A stretch of DNA of 18,088 bases from Nitrosopumilaceae archaeon (GTDB taxonomy: Archaea; Thermoproteota; Nitrososphaeria; Nitrososphaerales; Nitrosopumilaceae): positions 1-18,088 of the forward strand of contig JBQTHX010000036.1 of assembly GCA_052389415.1 (NCBI GenBank), in the 5' to 3' direction. Positions 14,293 through 18,088 of the stretch are shown piece after piece; the stretch's first letter is position 1, and the number at the start of each line of letters is the position of its first letter. The position numbers and the translations under genes are program-made. The notes beneath the pieces were generated by a model. It did no database searches, was not told where the DNA came from, and was given only the letters and a program-made list of their open reading frames with translations.

Positions 14293-15631
14293 GAACAAAC
14301 GTTACAGTATACTGTCTATCGCTGCAGTTGCAGTAATAGCAGCAACGTTGTTCGGAAGCACGTACTCACAGTCACAAATGACTGGAAGCGCAATGTCTGT
14401 TTCAAAAACCGACGTTGACTTGATGCAAAAAATCCATGACATGGGCGGTCTGCGATTAGTAATGCCAGCGGCATTTGCTGAGACTGACTGCGCAACATTG
14501 GAAGAATCAGGTCGCAACGTAGTTGAATTCAATGTAACTGGAGAGAGTGCCGACTTGCCAATAATGGGTGGATCTTACAAGGCAATGACCTTTAGTGGTC
14601 AAGTACCTGGTCCAACACTCCGTGTCACTCAAGGTGACGTTGTCAAGATGACACTTACTATTCCAGAAGGTGAACCAACTCCACACGGTAATGACATGCA
14701 TGCTTCTCAAATGACTGCAGGATCCTTTGGCAAAGTTCTACCAGGATCATCCAAGACATATTGTTACATCGCTCAAGTGCCTGGTACTTACAAGTACCAC
14801 TGTTCTGGTGTTGATGTAGCAGCAATGGATCAACACGTCCTTTCAGGAATGTATGGAATGACAATTGTTGACCCGCTAGATGGCTACAAGAAACTCATGG
14901 TAGAATCAACAGATGTAGAAGGTGGCGATGTCGTAAAGACAAGAACCATGTACAACCCCGATGCCTTGGAATTCCAGCTACAGTACAATCAATTGTACTT
15001 GACAGAGGAAGGTAACTATGACATGAGTGCAATGATGCAACATCACCACACTCTTGCAGTAGTTAACGGAATCTCATTTGGATATGTTCCAAACGAGACT
15101 CATAACGAGCTGATAAATGGTGCCAAGGGCAAAAACATCTTTGTTGCACAACCATGGAACTCTGCAGATCTCAAACAATACCAGTCACAGCTACTGTTTG
15201 TACCAACTGGTACCCATACAAGATGGTTTGTTGAAAACCAAGGTAACGAGCCAGTTTACTTCCACATTGTGGGAGAAATAATTGACAGAGTTACTCAAGC
15301 AAATAGGGTACAAGCACAAGGTACTGAAACGTGGTTGATTGGAGGATCTCAAGGAGCAATAATGGATGTTGTCTTTGATGAGCCAGGAGTATACGTAGCA
15401 GTAAATCATGACTATGCTCAAATCTTTAGTGGAACAGCTTCAGTAATTGTTGCTGGAAATCCATTTGGTTTAGAGGTAGGAGATGCAGAATCATATGCTG
15501 AGGTGTTAGGTAATCCAAGTGATGCCGTACCTCCAAGCGGTATGAACAGCATGGCCCATCCAAAACTAAACTTGCATGGTCTATACACTGACGCACGTGC
15601 TGACGAGATAAAATCTGAATTAGAAATTTAG
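14291..15631 (+). CDS. nirK: Copper-containing nitrite reductase, AOA type (two-domain multicopper)
   Basis: N-terminal signal/anchor; FSGQVPGPTLRVTQGD; HGNDMH (T1 His, catalytic Asp, T2 His); YHCS...QHVLSGMYG (T2 His, T1 Cys/His/Met); YFHIVGE (catalytic His); YVAVNHD (T2 His). Visibly enriched in C-ending codons, consistent with high expression. Confidence 0.93.
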   Translation: MNKRYSILSIAAVAVIAATLFGSTYSQSQMTGSAMSVSKTDVDLMQKIHDMGGLRLVMPAAFAETDCATLEESGRNVVEFNVTGESADLPIMGGSYKAMTFSGQVPGPTLRVTQGDVVKMTLTIPEGEPTPHGNDMHASQMTAGSFGKVLPGSSKTYCYIAQVPGTYKYHCSGVDVAAMDQHVLSGMYGMTIVDPLDGYKKLMVESTDVEGGDVVKTRTMYNPDALEFQLQYNQLYLTEEGNYDMSAMMQHHHTLAVVNGISFGYVPNETHNELINGAKGKNIFVAQPWNSADLKQYQSQLLFVPTGTHTRWFVENQGNEPVYFHIVGEIIDRVTQANRVQAQGTETWLIGGSQGAIMDVVFDEPGVYVAVNHDYAQIFSGTASVIVAGNPFGLEVGDAESYAEVLGNPSDAVPPSGMNSMAHPKLNLHGLYTDARADEIKSELEI

Positions 15632-15639
15632 ATTTCCCA

Positions 15640-15660
15640 TTCTTTCTCTTTTTTGTTTTT
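15640..15660 (+). terminator. Pyrimidine/oligo-T terminator of nirK
   Basis: TTCTTTCTCTTTTTTGTTTTT starting 9 nt after the TAG. Confidence 0.7.
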
Positions 15661-15672
15661 CATGCATAATGA

Positions 15673-15679
15673 TTATATT
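15673..15679 (+). promoter_or_regulatory. TATA box of serA-like gene
   Basis: TTATATT at -29 to -23 from ATG 15702. Confidence 0.55.
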
Positions 15680-15701
15680 CTGTACATAGTGGTTTGTCTT
15701 C

Positions 15702-16634
15702 ATGAGTTTTAATCAATCTGTGCTGATATGTGATCAAGTTGCTCCTATTCTAAATGACATTTTACAAAAAAATGGTCTGCAATTAACATACGAACCGGAA
15801 ATTACTCCTGATCAAATCAAAGGAAAAATTGGAACGTTTGACATTGTAATAGTTAGAAGCAGAACGAAACTAACAAAAGAGATGATAGAAAAAGCGGACA
15901 AGTGCAAGATAATTGCACGAGTTGGGGTAGGTCTTGACAATATTGACGTAGATGCTGCAAAGACAAAAGGAATCAGAGTAATCAATGCTGTTGAAGGAGC
16001 TATGAATGCAGTGGCAGAACTTGTTCTGGGATTAATGTTATCACTTGCCAGAGAAATTCCAAGAGCAGACAGAGAGATACGAAATGGAAAATGGCTGAAA
16101 AAAGAATTGATGGGCACAGAACTGTCGGGAAAATATCTTGGAATTGTTGGTCTTGGAAACATTGGCAAGAGACTTGCAAAACATGCTAGAGCCTTAAACA
16201 TGAATATCATAGGATTTGATGTAATTCCAATACCTGATGAATTTATACGTGAAGTAGGATTGATAAAAACAGATCTTGATACACTGATCTCAAGTTCTGA
16301 CTATATCTCATTTCATGTTCCTTTTACAAGTGAAACCAGACACCTAGTAAATTCGCAGAGAATTGAAAAGATGAAAAAAACTGCATACGTCATAAACACA
16401 TCAAGAGGAGAAATAATAGATGAAGATGCATTATTTCTTGCACTAAAGGATGGGAAGATTGCTGGTGCAGCATTGGACGTATTTGAAAAAGAGCCCGCAA
16501 CAGGCAACAAACTTGCTGCACTACCAAATGTCATTTGCACACCTCACATAGGTGCACAGACAAAAGAAGCTCAGACTTTAGCTGCAAATGTTATAGCAGA
16601 AAAGATAATAATGATTTTACGTGGAGTTTTGTAA
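15702..16634 (+). CDS. serA: D-3-phosphoglycerate dehydrogenase-like D-2-hydroxyacid dehydrogenase (short form, no ACT domain)
   Basis: VRSRTK, RVGVGLDNID, AVAEL, Rossmann GLGNIG, INTSRG, AALDVFEKEP, TPHIGAQTKEAQ. Confidence 0.82.
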   Translation: MSFNQSVLICDQVAPILNDILQKNGLQLTYEPEITPDQIKGKIGTFDIVIVRSRTKLTKEMIEKADKCKIIARVGVGLDNIDVDAAKTKGIRVINAVEGAMNAVAELVLGLMLSLAREIPRADREIRNGKWLKKELMGTELSGKYLGIVGLGNIGKRLAKHARALNMNIIGFDVIPIPDEFIREVGLIKTDLDTLISSSDYISFHVPFTSETRHLVNSQRIEKMKKTAYVINTSRGEIIDEDALFLALKDGKIAGAALDVFEKEPATGNKLAALPNVICTPHIGAQTKEAQTLAANVIAEKIIMILRGVL

Positions 16635-16637
16635 GAC

Positions 16638-16645
16638 TTTATTAT
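16638..16645 (+). promoter_or_regulatory. Putative TATA box of the recombinase gene
   Basis: TTTATTAT at -30 to -23 from GTG 16668. Confidence 0.45.
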
Positions 16646-16667
16646 CTATTACGTGATTTTTTTATGT

Positions 16668-18088
16668 GTGAATAGACAACAATACATCTGCATAAAAAAA
16701 ATAGATCCACAAATCAAGACACGAAAACAATTCATACAGATCCTATCATTACTTGAAGAGAATCAAGAATTTACAGTTGCAGATGTTATTCCAAAATTAC
16801 CAAAGCTAAGAACTAGTAATGTAAAGACAATTGAGAATAATGTTACAAGGGCTATACGCTTTGGAAAATCAATAGGAATCATCGAGGAAAAACAGGAACA
16901 CGCAGTCACATTAAAGCAGTTTAGGGCTTTACCAACCATAATAAACCTGCAAAAGCAGTTAAAGAAATCCAGAATCATAAACGGATCTGAATCAGAAAAG
17001 ATAAGCGGTACTTTCAAGTCATATTCAAACGAATTATGGCATTTTTCCAACTGGTTAGAAGGTAAAACAATCAACTTAGAACAAGAAATAAGGCTTGAAT
17101 CAGGTCAATATACCAAGGAAACTAGTCTAGTTCAGATTGACGACATTGAGCACTTTTTGAATCTGTACAAAAACTCCGTATCAAATAGAGAGAATGCCAA
17201 GTTTGTCAGAATCTGCTTAGACTATCTTCATCAGGAATCGTTTAGCAAGTATTCTTCATCAAAGATGAATATCATATTTTCAGCTATCAAGGCTTACTTT
17301 AGGGCAAATTTATCCAGCATTGAGATTCCATATAATCCCAAGAATAACCATGCTGAGATCCTAGAAGAAAACAAACAAGAAGTAATAATGACATTGGATG
17401 ATCTGTTCAAGATTCTAACACAAGGCAGACCAAGCATTACACAAAAGGCAGTAATCATATCAAAATTTCAAAGGGGTCTAGACGATTCTACCTTTGCAGA
17501 TCGTTTTAATTATATTATCTGGGATAGACTAGTGGAATTTTTTGGCTCTGCAGAATTTGACTCTTGGAATCTTTCCTTGTGTCCAATGCCAGTATGGCTT
17601 ACCAGAGTCAAGACAGGCTACTATCATCTAGGATTTTTAGATGTTGATGCAATTCGCATAATCCAAGACTATCTTCGATTCATGAAAGTGAAAAAAGAAA
17701 AAATATTCCAAGCTCATGAACCATTATTTCTGACAACAAAAGGAAAACCAGTAAGCACGCAATGGGTATCAAGGCTCATACCTGAACTAGCAAAAAATGC
17801 TGGAGTACAAAAGATTCTCACATATTACAAGACCAACATAAAACGAAATGCAAAGACCTCACATGAGCTAAGAGATTTACTAAAATCAATCATGATCAGT
17901 CAGGGTCTGCCCACATGGCTTTGTGAGATGTGCATAGGTCACAGAGTAGCTGATAGCTACGAGAAACAAGCTCAGCTATTCCCAGAACAAGCAAGAAGCG
18001 AGTACATGAAAATATCAAGAACCATTAACATATTCACCAAGACTTCACAAAAGCTGAATACTGCAGAAACTGAATTTGAAATAATGAA
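16668..18088 (+). CDS. Tyrosine recombinase/integrase family protein (partial; >473 codons, runs off the right edge)
   Basis: Hand translation from GTG 16668 (alternative GTG 16653) is open to the window end: MNRQQYICIKK...TQKAVIISKFQRGLDDSTFADRF...WLTRVKTG...EPLFLTTKGKP...TSHELRDLLKS...EMCIGHRVADSYEKQ. HxxR (17862-17873), GH (17937-17942) and downstream Tyr (17958) match tyrosine recombinase box II. Not in the ORF track. Confidence 0.85.
   Translation, partial: MNRQQYICIKKIDPQIKTRKQFIQILSLLEENQEFTVADVIPKLPKLRTSNVKTIENNVTRAIRFGKSIGIIEEKQEHAVTLKQFRALPTIINLQKQLKKSRIINGSESEKISGTFKSYSNELWHFSNWLEGKTINLEQEIRLESGQYTKETSLVQIDDIEHFLNLYKNSVSNRENAKFVRICLDYLHQESFSKYSSSKMNIIFSAIKAYFRANLSSIEIPYNPKNNHAEILEENKQEVIMTLDDLFKILTQGRPSITQKAVIISKFQRGLDDSTFADRFNYIIWDRLVEFFGSAEFDSWNLSLCPMPVWLTRVKTGYYHLGFLDVDAIRIIQDYLRFMKVKKEKIFQAHEPLFLTTKGKPVSTQWVSRLIPELAKNAGVQKILTYYKTNIKRNAKTSHELRDLLKSIMISQGLPTWLCEMCIGHRVADSYEKQAQLFPEQARSEYMKISRTINIFTKTSQKLNTAETEFEIM

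Noticed and set aside
2638-16540. Numerous 60-150 aa ORFs antisense to the ABC, metF, metH, ftsZ, methylthiotransferase, fumarase, nirK and serA genes.
   Set aside because: They lie opposite well-supported genes, have the Ser/Ile/Phe-rich composition typical of reverse-frame shadows and show no domain motifs.
16629-16656. Possible dif/att-like imperfect inverted repeat (GTAAGA...TCTATTAC) ahead of the recombinase.
   Set aside because: The arms do not match well enough for an 11-6-11 Xer-type site, and no partner copy exists in the window.
16632-16667. The serA stop codon is in frame with the recombinase ORF, with 11 sense codons in between (possible read-through fusion).
   Set aside because: The stop is TAA, SerA ends at its normal length, a TATA-like box sits in the spacer, and being in frame has a one-in-three prior.
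16763-17074. 103-aa minus-strand ORF, the only track call in the last 1.4 kb.
   Set aside because: Antisense to the long open recombinase frame; no recognisable motifs.
1-18088. Search by eye for CRISPR arrays, tRNA/rRNA genes, riboswitches (cobalamin/SAM near metH) and IS ends.
   Set aside because: No intergenic gap exceeds about 160 nt; none shows regular repeats, cloverleaf or GC-rich stems, and the met genes appear leaderless, leaving no room for a riboswitch.

Overview
An AT-rich core-genome segment of an ammonia-oxidising archaeon (Nitrososphaerota/Thaumarchaeota, Nitrosopumilales-like). The assignment rests on eL39/eL31, a degenerate FtsZ, an AOA-type NirK, a split MetH and TATA boxes about 25-30 nt ahead of start codons. 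Gene order: argG (partial, minus strand, missing from the ORF track), a NitT/TauT (SsuABC-like) ABC importer, a membrane-anchored secreted protein, a MetF-like reductase divergent from a two-gene B12-dependent methionine synthase, a CoA-type Nudix hydrolase, rpl39e (missing from the track) and rpl31e, then ftsZ-like, a tRNA methylthiotransferase and a fumarase/aspartase on the minus strand, then nirK and a serA-like dehydrogenase. The window ends in a >473-codon tyrosine recombinase (missing from the track, runs off the right edge) with an N-terminal extension and a non-canonical catalytic box I. It may mark the edge of an integrated element. The most notable non-coding signal is three different 15-bp dyads, each lying between a TATA box and the start codon it overlaps (ABC operon, metF, nirK). 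There are also palindrome/GATC clusters upstream of nirK and ftsZ. I saw no rRNA, tRNA or CRISPR array. I cannot claim a complete new system from this window alone: the recombinase and the promoter dyads are the best leads.
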